From: Podospora anserina
Lineage: Eukaryota
Direction of reading: 5' to 3'
DNA: 64,000 bases
NCBI GenBank assembly: GCA_017654855.1
Contig: CM030336.1
Span: forward strand, 1,178,001 to 1,242,000
Below, in pieces: positions 11,043-25,800 of this stretch (positions are counted from its first letter, which is position 1; the number at the start of each line of letters is the position of its first letter). Under the pieces are notes generated by a model that was not told the DNA's origin, did no database searches, and was given only the letters and a program-made list of their open reading frames with translations. The translations under genes were made by a program, and so were the position numbers.

Positions 11043-14000
11043 TGTAACGAACCCCTGTACAGAACCTCTAAAAGGGATACCGGTTAAAGGCTACTTCTGA
11101 TAATTAGTTCGGTGCGGCTAAACAGCATACAATAAGATGTCTCAATGTAAACACAAGATACCGTAAATATAAGCTGTGAATTGCATGCTGCGGAACTATT
11201 TATCTATACCAGCCAGTTCCTCCGTATATATAAACCTCGTGCTAAGCCCTAATTATAATAATTATTCCGCTCGTTCCTAATAATTATAATAATTACTATA
11301 ATCCTTTATAGCTCCCTATTAATTATATTACCGCGATTACTATATTTTCCCAGTCTACTATTTATAATTACGTATCTTTATCTTAATTAGTCCTATTAGC
11401 GATTAACTATACGTTTTATACCCCGCATACGGTCCGTCTTACTTATTTAGCTTAATTATAATATAATACCCTTCCTCTTAGATTAAAATCCCGTCGACTT
11501 AAAGCCTAAAATAATCGCTTATCGCTTACTTTTCTTTATTTATAAATCCTTCTCTTCTCTCTATTATTATAATATTTAACTCTTATAAAGTTTTTAAGTC
11601 CTTATAACCCTTTACTCCGAACGTTAGTCCGTAGTACCGTCGTCGTTTAGCCTTAACCGCCTTTATTAACCTTAAAAGTTTTATTACTATACCCTATTCT
11701 TTTTATATTACCCGTAACTTAACCTATCGCCTTTATAAATATTTTTCCCGTTACGGTAAATATATACGTCGAGGCCGTTTATACGACGCGTCAGGCACTC
11801 TTACTATTATAAGTCGGTTAATCCGTTCCTTTTTTAATACTCCGTTTAACTTTATTTAATCGAGTATTTAATTACCGAATATCGCTATTTATCTTTAAAG
11901 AAATTAGTTACTAAAAAACGATTTTTAAACGTTTATCGTAAAGCCGAAGAGGCTACGCGTAAAGCGTAAAAAGCCGTTATATATTTATCCTACCTTCGTT
12001 AATAGAAATAATATTTATTAAAGCAGGGTATTACTATTATTAACGAAATAGTACCTACGCTCGACCCTTCTACTACTGCTGCTCCTAGTACCGATTTCTC
12101 TTTCCTAGATCCTTCCTTAAGCTTCGACTAGCTACCTAACCTCTCCCTAGACTCCGGCGTAATTAATCCTTCTTTCCTAACCTCTTAAAATACTACCGTT
12201 AATACGCCTTTTATTTCCTAAAATAATTAAAGTATATAATACTATTTATATTTAATTCCCTTTATACTTTTTAACTTTATAGTATAGTTTATAGTATATC
12301 GATTATTATATTAAAGATGTAGGTTCGATTCTTATTAAAGTTCTTTAGTCTTTATATTATTATTATTTAACAGTAATCTAAAGACTTATTTTTTTTATTT
12401 AGGTTTTAGTCGGTCTAAATATCGTTAATAAAATTCTTTTTATTTATTTAAGTAATTAAAGTATATTTATAGTTCTTACGAGTTATTTATAGTCGGATAT
12501 CTTAATTAATTAATTAAATATTTTAATTAATTTTTATTAAACCGTAAATTTAATATCTTTTCTATATTATATTTTTTTTTATTCTCCGTTATTACCTATA
12601 TATTAATTTTATTTATTAGTAATACGGGTTTTAAAAGTAAGATATAAAAGGTATATAATTATAAATATATTATATTAAATAACTTTAATTTGAATACTAT
12701 TTTTAAAATCTTCCTTTTAATTTTAAACGGGTTTACTCTTCTATAGTCTAGCTTTTTACTAAGTCTTTTAATATATAAATTATATATAGAAAGGAATATT
12801 ATATTTCCCCCCTTAAAGTAAGGTCCCTCGAGCTTTTTAATATTATAATATTTCCGTATCCTTTCCTTTATAAACTCTAATTTTTATTTAAATTTATTAT
12901 AAAATATATATAACTTATTTACTTTAACTTTAGCTTTAAGTATCTCTATATTTAATCCTTACTATAAATTTATTATATATTTAAAGTTTACGAAAAATAA
13001 TATAGCTTTAATTATTTTAATTAATAATATATTATATACTAATTATATTATAAATAATAATTTAACCTAATTATTTTATTCGAAATTAATATAATTTTAT
13101 AAATATTATTTTATAATTTAATCAAGCCGTTTTGTTTAACCGTTTATTTAAAAGTAATAAGCCGAAGATACTTTATTTATTACCCCGAGTCTCGTTATTA
13201 ATACTTTTTAAAATTTTAATATAAATTTAGTATTGTAATCCGTAATAAATTTTTTTAATTATATATATATTAATATAATATATTATAATACTATATCCGT
13301 TAATTACTTTACCGACTAGATCTCTTTATATAGTAAAAAGTATATTTATTTAGTAAGCCTATCGATTACCGTTAATATATTATCGTACTTAACGCCGGTT
13401 ACCGTATCCTTAGACTTTAATAATTTAATAATAAAGTTTATTATAATTAAACTCTATAATTATTCTATTATTAATAATAATTCTAAAAGTCTATAAGGCT
13501 TATACCTCGTAACCCTTATTTTTTTATACGTATAGTATAACTAAATAACTTCCTTAACGTCGTTTTTAATCCTTAATTAATTAAAGTACTACTTAATTTT
13601 TTTTATAGTCTTTATAATACTTATATATCCTCCGAACTTCGATCCGTAAATCTCTATTACTAATATCGCCCTATCACCTAGTATTACGTACGCTCGATTC
13701 TTATACTATAGTCTTCCCTAATTATCCTTTTAAATACCTTATAGCTTTAACTTTTCCTACTAATATTACTCTATAATATCGCTACCTAACTTCCTTTAAT
13801 ATTTACTAAAAGTAGCTCTTTTACGATATACTACGTAATACTCTATCTATAGCTATAGTAAATACTTAAGAGTACCGTTTAGCGCTTCCTTAAATAATAA
13901 TAATAACTCTCTAAGTATATCTTTATAGTAATCGGCCCGCCGGCTAAATACGTTTACCCTAGCGTTTTCCAAACCTTTTTTATAATTAATCTAAAAATTA

Positions 14001-17000
14001 AATTCCGAAAAAAACTTTAATTATCGTATTTACCGTACATTAAAGACTTTCGTAATAATAAAGTACCGTAAATTTTTATAATTTATATAAACCTATATTT
14101 TATATTTAATACTATTAAAGTATAACCTTTATTCCTTAAACGCTTCGATAATAATAAATAGTTTTTTATTATAAATTAAATAGTTTTAATATACCCCTTT
14201 AAACTTTTTTAAAAAAAAGGTTATTAAATATAATTTACTATTGTCGTTTCGCTATCCTAATTATTTACCGATTATATAGTCTAATATATTTGCCTCGACT
14301 TTAAATAATTAATTAAAGTTTAGTAATTTAAATACTAAATCCTTTAAAATAGCTTCCTTTAGCTCCTAAAAGGCCTACTCCTTTTCCTACCCCTACCGGA
14401 ATTCCACGTCCTTTTTAATTAAATAGTTAAATAGTTACGTAATACTTATATACTTTCGAATAAATATCCAATAAAAATTTATAAACCTTAAAAATTCTTT
14501 AACGTATATTTATAATTATAATATAAATTAATCTTTAATTACCATAATTTTTTTAAATTCTATACGAACCTTACTTAACAATATTAAATATCCTAAATAT
14601 ACTATCTTTTATATATAGAACTCGCTTTTCTTTTTATTAATTAAAAGTCCGGCTCCGTATAGCGCGTTAAATATCTTTTATACGTATCGTTTATATTCCT
14701 TTAAAATATATAAATAAATAAAAACGTTATCGAGATAATATATTATTATTTTATCGAAATACTTTTAAATTATATAATTAACGAAAGATTAAAACGTTAC
14801 GGGTATATTAATTAGTTTAAATAGTATTACGAGATACTTAAAATAATTATAAAATATACGAAATACTATTTTTTATTTATCTCTTTCTTTAATCCGTATA
14901 TAGGTATACCCGATAGGTATATTTAAATATATAAAGTATTACGCCCTTACTAATTAATTCCGTAACTTAGATATTAACGGTAGCGGGTAATTATTTTTTA
15001 CCGTTTTATTATTTAACTAACGGTAATTTATATATAGTTATAAACTACTATCCTTTTTCGGTACGAAAAATACGAGGTATCCTACTAATAATATAAACTC
15101 CTTAATATATTTTCTTTTTAGATTTTTATTTAAATACTTTTATAATTCCTTACTTTATTTATTATTAATATAATAAACCTTAAATAGCTATAACTTAATT
15201 CCTTCTTTTAACTTAATTTTATAGTTCTACGGTCCTTATTTTAAAAATCCCTTTAAATATTTAACCGTAAAGGCTAAATATCCTTAATATTTTACCGGAA
15301 CTACCTTTTTCTTATTTTTTTCTATATAATTATAGTAAATATATTTATTAACCTCCGATATTTCTACTAACGTTATTAACCTTACTTCTTCGATTTTACT
15401 ACCTATATCGATAGAGTATACTATTACTTTTTAGGCTCCTTACGGTAGTACCGTAGAGGGTGCTTATCCTCTACTTTACTTTATACGTACGTTTAATTTC
15501 CTATTATTAATTAAATATTTTTAAGGTTCTTTTAGTTATAAATAACTACTATCCCTCTAATCGATATTTAAATTATAATCTTTATATTATAATTACTTTA
15601 GGATTATATCCTTCGAGGGTTTTATATCTATAATATTAAATATAATTAAAATTATTTTTCTTTCGATTATAATATTTAAAAGTAATATTTTTTATAAACC
15701 TTTTACGTCGGAAATAGTCCTTATATAATAATCTATTCCTTTTTTTTTTATAGTATTTTAATTTAATATACGAACTATAGCGAAATTAGATTCGTTTTTA
15801 TATTTCCGTTTATTAATATTACTACCTAGATATCCTTTTAATATATTATAATCTAGAGGCGTTTATCTTTTTTACTTTCTCCCTATATAGTAGTAACTTC
15901 GTTAACGAGCACCGGGTCGTTATCCTATACCTTTACTTTATACTAATACTTCCGAAAATACTATTCGTAATCTATTAAAGGTTACCGGCCCCCGCGAAAG
16001 GCCGCGAGTCGTTTCCTAAACGATTATATTATTTAAAAGCGTCCTTTTATTTTAGGTTATCTAATAATATAAAATCTTTTAACTATACTTACCTAATTTC
16101 TTTCTATTTTCCGTCTTTTATATATTTAATATTCTTTTATATATATATCTAATAACGGTTTTTCTATTTAATCGTTTATTTAAATACCTTTACTTAATAA
16201 TATTATTTAACTTTCTTTTATTAATATAGCGTGTAATTTAGGCTTAAATATTAACCTAATACTACTTCTTTTTAAAAATATATATTATTATTTATATCCT
16301 AACCGTTTACGTATTTAACGTAGTATCTTATATATTTTAATATAAACTATATTACTTAAAGATTATTCTTTAATTTAACCGGATCTTAAACTTTTTATAA
16401 AATATAGTCGTTCCGTTCTTCCTAAACTTTCTTTTATTTAACTATAATTCTTTTAATTAACTATAGTTTACCTTACTTACCTACCTTACGTACCGGCTAA
16501 TAGCCGTATAGCGACTTACTTTAATAATACTCTATATATCCGTATATAATATATTAAAACTAAAGTACTTTCTAATATTCCGGATACCTAGGATAAAATT
16601 ATACCGTATTTCCTTTATAGAATATATACTATATAAGTATTGGTATATCTTTTAATAACTTCGCGATCCCGATATTAATAACTTTTTTACCCTTGTAATA
16701 TTTTTCCTAACTTTTATATATAAGCTTTATAAATAATAATATTTTTTATAAAATAATAATCTTATATTTACCGTACTACCTTTTTAATATCGTTTACCTA
16801 GTAGGTCTTTTTTACTATATAATATTATTATTTTTAGTAACCTCCGTAATAATTTTTACGGTAATTTATATTAATCGATTCTAAAATATTAATATTTAAA
16901 GGTTTCTTTTTTTATATTTCGCCTTTAGCCTTTCTATTATTTCCCGTAACTCTTAAAACTCTACTTCCTTTTATTTAATATACTAATTAAAATCTTCCTT

Positions 17001-18550
17001 AAAACTTACTATTTTACTTTACTAATACCCGATAATTATAACTTTTATAACCCTCGGTCCCCTTAATATAATAATTATTATAGTAACCTCTTTCTTTTAC
17101 TTAAATTATTTAAATATCCGGTAATTTTTTTTAAAGTATTTTACTTTACTATAATTAAAATATTTATAGTTATTTTTACTTTAGCTCTAGCTTTACGGCC
17201 TTTATTATTATATAGTATTAATATTTATAGGTCCTAAATATATAGTACTGGAGTAATTAGTAGTCGGGTATTACTATTTACGTTTATCGTTAAAGCGGTA
17301 ATTTCTATAATAATCTTAACTATTATAATTTTTTTTTTATATAATATTAAAATTATTTATTATCGATCCGTATAATTATAGTAATATACTTATTAATAAT
17401 ATTAAGCCTTTCCTCCTTATATAATTCGTTCTTTATTTCTTCTTTAAAACTATTATAAAAGGTCTATATTAACCCTTTATTATTAATTTCGTTATATAAA
17501 TTATCGATCTTAAATTAAATAATATATTTCGTTACTAAATATATTTATTATAAATTCGCGAGCCTCTTTTATACGTACCTCCCTTTATTATATTCTTTAA
17601 ATATTTCCCTAAACTTTACTTTAAAGATTTAGTAACTCCGAAAATATTAAATAATAATTTCTTTTTAGTCCTCCGCTACTACCTTATAATAATTATTAAA
17701 AATAGGTTTAAACTAAATAAAAGTTTTATCTTTAAGCCGGGTAACTATATATATTACTTTCGATTTTTCTGTATCGAACTATTCTGGATAATAATAAAAA
17801 TAAATTTTAAATTAAATTAAAAAACTTTTAAGTTTTACCTTTCCGTCTCTATAGCGCTCTAGTACTGGGAACTTAATTATATACGTAGGCCTAACCGCCG
17901 AAAAAGTAAGAACTTACTCTTTAGTTTATTAAGCTTCGGCCTTAAACTCTTTAACGCGATCGATAAGCTATTAAGCCGTAGTAACCCTGGACCTAACGTC
18001 TACGGTAGAAGGTCCCTCGATAGTTAAGCTAAGCGGGACGCCTCCTATTTAAATATTTTCGGGTTAAACTATAATAATAAAAAAACACCTTTAACTTATT
18101 TATAATAGAGTTAAAGTAAGTATATAACGTATAACGAACCCCTATATAGAACCTCTAAAAGGAATACCGGTTAAAAGCTACTTTTAATAATTAATTTGAT
18201 ACGGCTAAATAGCGCACAACAAAATATCTTAATATAAATATAAAATACTGTAAATATAAATTATAAATTATATACTACGGAACTATCTATCTATATTAGC
18301 TAGTTCCTCCGTATATATAGACCTCGTGCTAAGCCCTAATTATAATAATTATTCCGCTCGTTCCCAATAATTACAATAATCGCTATAATCCTCCGTAGCT
18401 CCCTATTAGTTATATTACCGCGATCACTATATCTTCCCAGTTTACTATCCATAATCGCGTATTCTTATCCTAATTAGTCCTGTTAGCGATTGGCTGTGCG
18501 TCTTGTGCCCCGCACACGGTCCGTCCTGCCTGTTTGGCTTAACTGTAACA
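11043..18550 (-). mobile_element. Full-length chromovirus-type Gypsy element C (7508 bp)
   Basis: 421-bp LTRs at 11043-11463 and 18130-18550. 5-bp TSD CTTTA (11038-11042 and 18551-18555). RIP-ed gag, PR, RT (YLD(D) ~14730), RH, IN and chromodomain on the minus strand. Confidence 0.93.
11510..12220 (+). pseudogene. Antisense accessory ORF of element C: Zn2Cys6-like motif plus coiled coil (RIP-ed; ends approximate)
   Basis: TAT/TAC codons at 11695, 11704, 11725, 11752, 11761 and 11782 give C-x2-C-x6-C-x8-C-x2-C-x6-C after reversing RIP. A KAEEATRKA..AV..LS.LR helix follows. Confidence 0.7.
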
Positions 18551-21500
18551 CTTTAGTTTAAAGAAAGAGTATTATATTACAATTTAGAAAAAGCAGGGTC
18601 GTTTGGGTTAATAAAAATAAGCGACGGATAAGTAGGGCCTATAAAGCAGGGAATAATATGGACTAAGGAATCTAGAAATTAAAAGCTAGATTTATAAGAT
18701 TTAGGAAAAAATAGATAGATTTAAATACAAAGGTATTTAAAGGTTAAGGTCTATATATATAGAGAAACTGGTTAATATAAATAAACAGTTCCGTAATATA
18801 TAATTTATAACTTATATTTATAATATCTTATATTTATATTAAAATATCTTATTATACGCTATTTAGCCGTACCGAACTAATTATTAGAAGTAGCCTTTAA
18901 CCAATATCCCTTTCAGAGGTTCTGTACAGGGGTTCGTTATATCTCCCTCTCTTCTTCGTAAGTCTTCTTTTTTATCCTTTAATAGCTTAGCTAACTGTTA
19001 CGGACCTAATATAAGTGGGGAGCGCGGAGCGCGACCGTCTAACTACTAAAACGGAAAAGTAAGGAAGTCGGATTATCACTAGTGCTAAGGGTAATAATCA
19101 CGATTATTACTAGCCTTCGATAAACGATAAATAATAATCGATATTATTACTAATAATAATAGTAATAAACCGGTCTATATATACGGAGGAACTAACTAAT
19201 ATCGATAGATAGTTCTGTAGTATATAATTTATAATTATATTTATAATATTTTATATTTATATTAAAATATTTTATTATATACTATTTAATTATACCGAAC
19301 TAATTATTAGAAATTACTTTTAACCTATATCCCTTTTAAAGATTTTATATAGGGGTTCGTTATACGTTATATATTTATTTTAACTCTATTACGGATAGAT
19401 TAAAAGTATTAAAATAACGTTATAGCCGGAAACGTTAATACTTAGGGGGGCTCGACCTAACCTACTATCGACTAGCTTCTCGCTTGTATTTAAAAATTTA
19501 AAAATAAATTATATTTTTTTTATAATACCTTTATATAAAAAAATATTATACTTTACTAGGAAATTAGTACTTTACGTAGGGGGGGAAACTATATCAAGCT
19601 CGAAGTACCCGATCGCTATAGAAGTATAAAAGGAAAGCTAAAAAGATTCCTAATTTAATTTAAAACTTACTTTAAATACTATCCTTTTTATTTCTTAAAC
19701 GAGGAATCTAAAATAATATACATTACGTCCAGGCTTAAGGATAAAATATTTATTTAGTTCGAGCCGATTTTAAGAAACTATTTTAATAATAAATATTACG
19801 AGAGGAAGGATATTACGAAAAAAATTTTTAAATTATATAAGGGCTTTAAAGAGAAAATTAAAGAGGTATTTAAAGAGTATAACGAAGGTAGTGGTTTGGG
19901 GTGCGGCCACAGGCCTAAGAGTATAAGTAAGGAAGCGGGGCTCTTAGAGGACTTAGGGGTTCAGGGGTTATGTATATAAGCGGTCTGCTTCGGATATTCT
20001 ATTTTAGACAGGACATCGACTTTTATTCTTTTCTTCGTATTTTGTGCCTTGCACGCGTGCAGGCAATTCTAGCCCTCTAATCAGGCCAATCCGGTACTTA
20101 TTATATAGCCTGCGAGCCTATAATATCTTTTCTTTATCCTACGTAAAGTGTGGCCTGCAAGCGAGTCACTATTACGTAAGTATATTTATTTTAAAACCTA
20201 TTAAAAGTATATTTATAGTATTATAGTTATTTTATATATTTTCTTACTATTTTAAATAGAGGTCGTACCCGGGTTAAGTAAAGTTTAGGGTCTAAACTAG
20301 ACTTATAAGCCCTAGGTATTGGAGGAAGTACGAAGTTACGAACGATAATAAGTATCGATAACTTTATTAAACTCCGCGAGGTTTAACGGAAATAATTCTT
20401 TTCCGTTTAATCGGATAAAATTTTTTTATTATCGATTAAACTTTAAATTTTTTACCCGCGAATAAAAAATTAAATATATAGTCCGGATAGGACCGGGAAG
20501 TAAATTAAAAATATTAATTAAAACTAGCTCGTTAATAAACTTTATTTCTATATTAATTATTAAAATCCTTTTCTATCTTTAATTAAAAAGAATCTTTTTA
20601 ATATATTATTTAATAATAATAAATAATTATAGGGATTTCCAGGTTAATTTAATTTAAAATATTAGGAATTTAAAAATAAAAAAACGAAAATACTTTTCTT
20701 TTAATTTAAATAAATATAATTTATACTTATATATTAAAGTTATAAAGGATAATTATTTTTATATTTTTAATAATATATATAAAAAAAAAATTATATTATT
20801 AATATAAATATAATAATAATTATTAAATATTAATATATTTAATAATATTTTACTTATCGTTTCGGCTAACCTTTCCGGTAATAATTAAGGATATTAAACT
20901 CTTATAGTTCGTTCCGTAATAAAAATAATTATTCCGGCGGCTAAGTCCCCGGAATTATTATTATTTATCCTCTCCCCGGCTATAAACCGCGTTTATTTTA
21001 AAAATATTAAAACCCCTCGCCCCCTTTTTAATTAAGGTAGCCCGACTATAAAACTTAACGCTCTTAACGTACTAGGTAAACCTCGTACTTATTTAAATCC
21101 TATTATTTAAAATTATATTACGTTTTTTATTCGGTATATTAAATATTCCGCTTTTCTTTTTAAATTCGTATATTAATTTTAATAACCCGGATACCTATAT
21201 TTTATAGGAGTTTACCCCGACTATCATTACTTTTAAGGGTCCCTTACGTTTAATTATTTAACCCCCTATCCTATAGTACTTATATATTTTCTTTAACGTA
21301 AATTCTTTAATCCGAAAAAAATTAATTTTAAAAGTAATTTTAAAGGAAAGTACTTTACAGAATATTTAAAGCGTTTCGAGAATATTTATAAAAAATATTA
21401 TATTATAAAATTTATTTTTTATATTCGTAAATTTAAATCTTAATATAATTTTAATATAAAAAAATAAATTAATAAATATATAGACCTACCTATATTTACC

Positions 21501-22894
21501 GATATTTAATTTATTTTAATTATCCGTTTTAAACGTTTCTTTAAAATTTATAATCCCCGATAAAACAAAAATATTTATAAAGAATTAAATAATTTTTATA
21601 TTAAAATTATTTTTAAAAGTATAAGCGAATTAAAAAAAATTATTTTTAATTACTTTAAATTATTTTCTCGAATACCGACCGGAAAAAAAAAAATAGTAAA
21701 AACTAAGGTTATTAACCGCTTTTAAATAAAATTTTTCGAATTAATAAAAATAATTTTTATTAATTAAGGAAAATCCGAACGTCGTTTAAGATTTATAAAT
21801 TTTATTATTTAAAGCAATTAAATTAATAATATAATCGAAAATAAATATAATATAAAAGGAAAAATCTATAAGGAAAATAAATTAATTATTATACCCTCCT
21901 TTATTACTTTTAATTAAACGGCCGAGATACTTAATTAATATATAGCGATTAATACTATAGTAAATAAAAAAATAGTACTATAATATTTAAAAATAAATAT
22001 TTATAATAATTTTTTTATATTAAAAAATAATAAATTTAAAATAATAAAGACCTACGTTTAATATTTAAAAAACTAAATACTTTATTCTTTAAATTTTAAT
22101 ATTAATTTTAATAGGGAAATAGATTTATTTTTTAATACTTTCCTTATTATTAATATTAAAATTTAATTTAGAAAATTAAAGGGGTAATACCGCGATAGCT
22201 TTCCCTTACTAAAAAGGTATTTTTAGTACGGTAAAATTAATTATTATATTAAATTAATAAAGTATTTAAAAAAAAAATATAATAAAGTATAAAAATTATA
22301 TTATATTAAAAGAAGTAAAATATATATTAGTAAAAAGAAATAGCTGGAAAATAAAAAAATATAATTTAATTAAAAAAATATAAAGAAAGTATAACGTAAA
22401 AGGAAGGTTAATAACTTAGTTTATATTATAATTTTATTAAAATTAAAACTAAATAGAGTTTATAAAGCTTATACGAAATAAATTAAATATTAAAAAGTTT
22501 ATAAGGGTAAAGGATATAGGTCCGAAGTTTTTTTAATTAAAAGGAAGAAATAAATAATTATTTAAATAATTAAGGTTATAAATATTAAATTAAATAAACT
22601 TTATAAATATTTTAAACCTTACGTACCGTTTAATAAAAATTTAATTAATAATTATATTATTAAAAATATTTTATAACGTTATTTAGTAAAGAAGTAATTA
22701 CTTAAGAGTATTTTAAAACGCTTTAATAATACCTTAATAGTTATTTATAATTAAAAAGTAGAAATAAAGGTAAACGCGTAAGGAGCGAAGAAAATAAAAA
22801 TTAAGGATTTACCGAAAGAAAATATAAATAATTTAGCTTTAACCGAAAATCCGAAAGTAATATTTACTTTCGCGTAAAAAAAACTAAAGGTAGT

Positions 22895-25800
22895 TGTCAC
22901 AAACCAACCATATAGCAAGGCCAGGTGGAGACTGCAGCTGGCCATGCCTGCCAATCAGAGGAAGAAGACACGGCGGCAGGGCTGCAGGGTAGGACAAGGC
23001 TCACTGCTTGGCAAAGGTGAGCCGGATCACTACGCTCACTAGGTGAGCGCGGTGAGTTCTGAGGGATTACCACGGGTCGCTAGTGAGCGAGAGTGATCCA
23101 GGTACGAAGGTACTTAGGGATTTATGGTCTATATATACGGAGGAACTAGATAGTTTGTAGATAGTTCCGCAGTATATAATCACAGCTTATATTTACGGTA
23201 TTTTATATTTATATTGAGATATTTTATTGTGTATTATTTAGCTATATTAAACTAATTATTAGAAGAAGCCTTTAACCAAGTATCCCTTTTAAAGGTTCTG
23301 TATAGGGGTTCGTTATACGTTATATACTTACTTTAACTCTATTATCGGATAAGTTAAAGGCGTTAAATTAAATACTATAGCCGGAAATACCTAACCTATT
23401 ATTAACTAACTCTTTATTCGTATCTAGGAGCTCGAGGATAAGTTATGCCTTTCCTATAATACCCTTATATAAAAGAACGCTATACTCCATTAGGAGATCG
23501 GTACTATACGTAAAGAAAGAAAGCGTATTAAATTCGAGGCTCCCGACCGCTACGGAGGAACTAAAGGAGAGTTAGGAGGATTTTTGATCCAGCTTAAGGT
23601 ATATTTTCGGTACTACCCTTCTCGTTTCCCGGACGAAAAGTCTAAAGTAATATACGCTACGTCTAAGTTTAAGGATAAAATATTTATTTAATTCGAACTT
23701 ATTTTAAAAGATTATTTCGATAATAAGTATAACGAAAGGAAGGATATTACTAAAAAGTATTTTAAATTATATAAAAGTTTTAAGGAGAAGATTAAAGAGG
23801 TGTTTAAAGAGTATAATAAAAGTAAGCGTATTTAAAAATAATTAATTAACTTTAAGTAAATTAAGTTTATTACTGATTATATTATAGTATTTAGGACGGA
23901 TATATTTTGTAGCGAAATTAATAATAAAGGATTAATATAGTTATTTTATAACGGGTTTAAAGAAGAAATTAAGGACGAGCTATACCGATAGGAGCGACCG
24001 GAGATTATCGACGAGTATATTGTAATAGCGGTCCGCATCGATAACCGGTAGTATTAGCGCCGTAAGGAATATAAAGGTATATGCGTATAAAGACCCTACC
24101 GCCTTAATAATAAAAAGAAAAAAAGACTTTATAGGACTTACGTTTTAGGAACTATTTACGCGGGATTTATAGAGGTAAACGCGGTCTAAAAGCGGTTTAA
24201 AAGGAAGAACGACGTTAAGTACTTTAATTGCGGGAAAATAAATTATTTTAAGAGAGATTATTAGGTATTTAAGTAATTTAATTAAAAAGAGAAAGAGACG
24301 GCGGTAGTTATTAAAGTAATACGGGTTATCGAGATTTTTAGTACTAAATACGTTTATAAAGATTTTTAAGATTCGGCGGACGACTATACTAATAGTAACT
24401 ATAAATATAAATCTCGGGAAGGAGAATTAATAATTGATTCCGAGGGGGAAAACTATATTATAGGATAAGAATTGCCGGTTTAAGGAGCTATAAGGCTAGA
24501 GGAAAGTACGGCTCTAAGACCCTTTAAAAAAACTTTATAACGATTAGGACGGGTCTTCGCTATAAATATAATTATTATTTTAGATCCGGCCGTATAATAA
24601 GTAGAGGAACGAGTTTAAAAGCTTAAGGAAAAATTTAATTCGTTCCGGAACGAATACCGGCGGGTAAACGTATAATTCCGGAAATTATAGGAGTAAGTAG
24701 CGTAAACGATTATTATAATAATTAAATAACTTAATCTGATACTATACTATAGAATTATACGGTAAATCGTTTTAAAAACTAAGTTTAAGCGGTACTATAG
24801 TAAATTAATATAGTTAACGTACGAAACGGGTAAATTTAAATTTAAAAAATTTAAGTAAGAGGAATTTTAGGAAAATAAAAAGGTTATTAGTATAAAACTT
24901 TTTTAAATACCTAAATAAGTACCTTATTACGAGTAATATAAATTATATATTAGAGATATAACGTAATTATACTTTAGATATTTAAAGTATAAAAAAATAT
25001 TTTAATTTTAATATATTATATATAGTTATATAGAGTACTATTAAAGAAAAGTTCTTTAAGGATATTAATTAATAAAATAGGAGGAAAAGTATAAACTTTT
25101 TAAATTTATTACGAGGATTATAGTTAGGTAGAGTTAATTATAAAAAGAATTAGACGATTATTTCCTATAGAGGTAAGGAGATTTAATTAAATTAGAAGAG
25201 GGATTTTAAGTTATATAATTTACGTTTAGGTACGCGAGATATTACTTCGAGTGGGTAATAGGTTAAAGAAAAGAGTCGGTTAAAGAGAAAGAATATAGTT
25301 TAGTATAATATAAAAGTCCGGATTACGCTTTTTATTTATAAATAAAAGCGTGGAAATACTATAAGGTTAGTGCTAAGGAATATAAAGTACGTAATAAAAA
25401 GAAGGCTCGGAATAATTTTAGGAACGAAAAGTAGGAAAAAGTTTAATAATAATAGTTAACCGATTTCGAGTTACTAAATAGTTCGATAAAGGAAGACGCT
25501 TTAGAGGTATAATAATAATCGGGAAAAGGATTATAGCCTTTCGCGGAGGCCGTAAACCTCTAAAGGATTACGAGTTACGTATTAGCGAGGTCGCTACTAT
25601 ATAAAGGAGGGGTATAAAAAATAAAAAGTTATAAGTAGCGGTATATTAAAAGGGGTTTTAAACGTAAATATTTATAAATAGCGGAGTAAAAGCGGATTTA
25701 ATTTTATTAAGATTTATATAATAAACCCGAGTTCCGTAAAGAAAAAAGGAAAAAAAGGTTATTATAAAAGGACTTTTCTTTACTTAATTAGTAAATAAAG

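Larger units (their letters stand above)
6120..18941 (+). mobile_element. Chromovirus-type Gypsy element D (5' part cut by Copia E, interrupted by element C; 3' LTR 18575-18941)
   Basis: RIP-ed RT YL(D)(D) near 7830, then RNase H, integrase and a chromodomain remnant at ~9990-10110. A purine tract precedes the LTR at 18575, which ends GGGGTTCGTTATA. Confidence 0.85.

Noticed and set aside
18990-18995. GCTAAC precedes both the LTR at 18996 and the LTR at 44237
   Set aside because: The LTRs differ in U3 type and orientation, and both hexamers are left flanks, so they cannot be one TSD pair.
22751-22954. 67-aa hydrophobic ORF; likewise 43943-44173
   Set aside because: The first spans the A/B junction and the second is antisense to gag remnant G. 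Hydrophobicity comes from RIP-driven AT richness.
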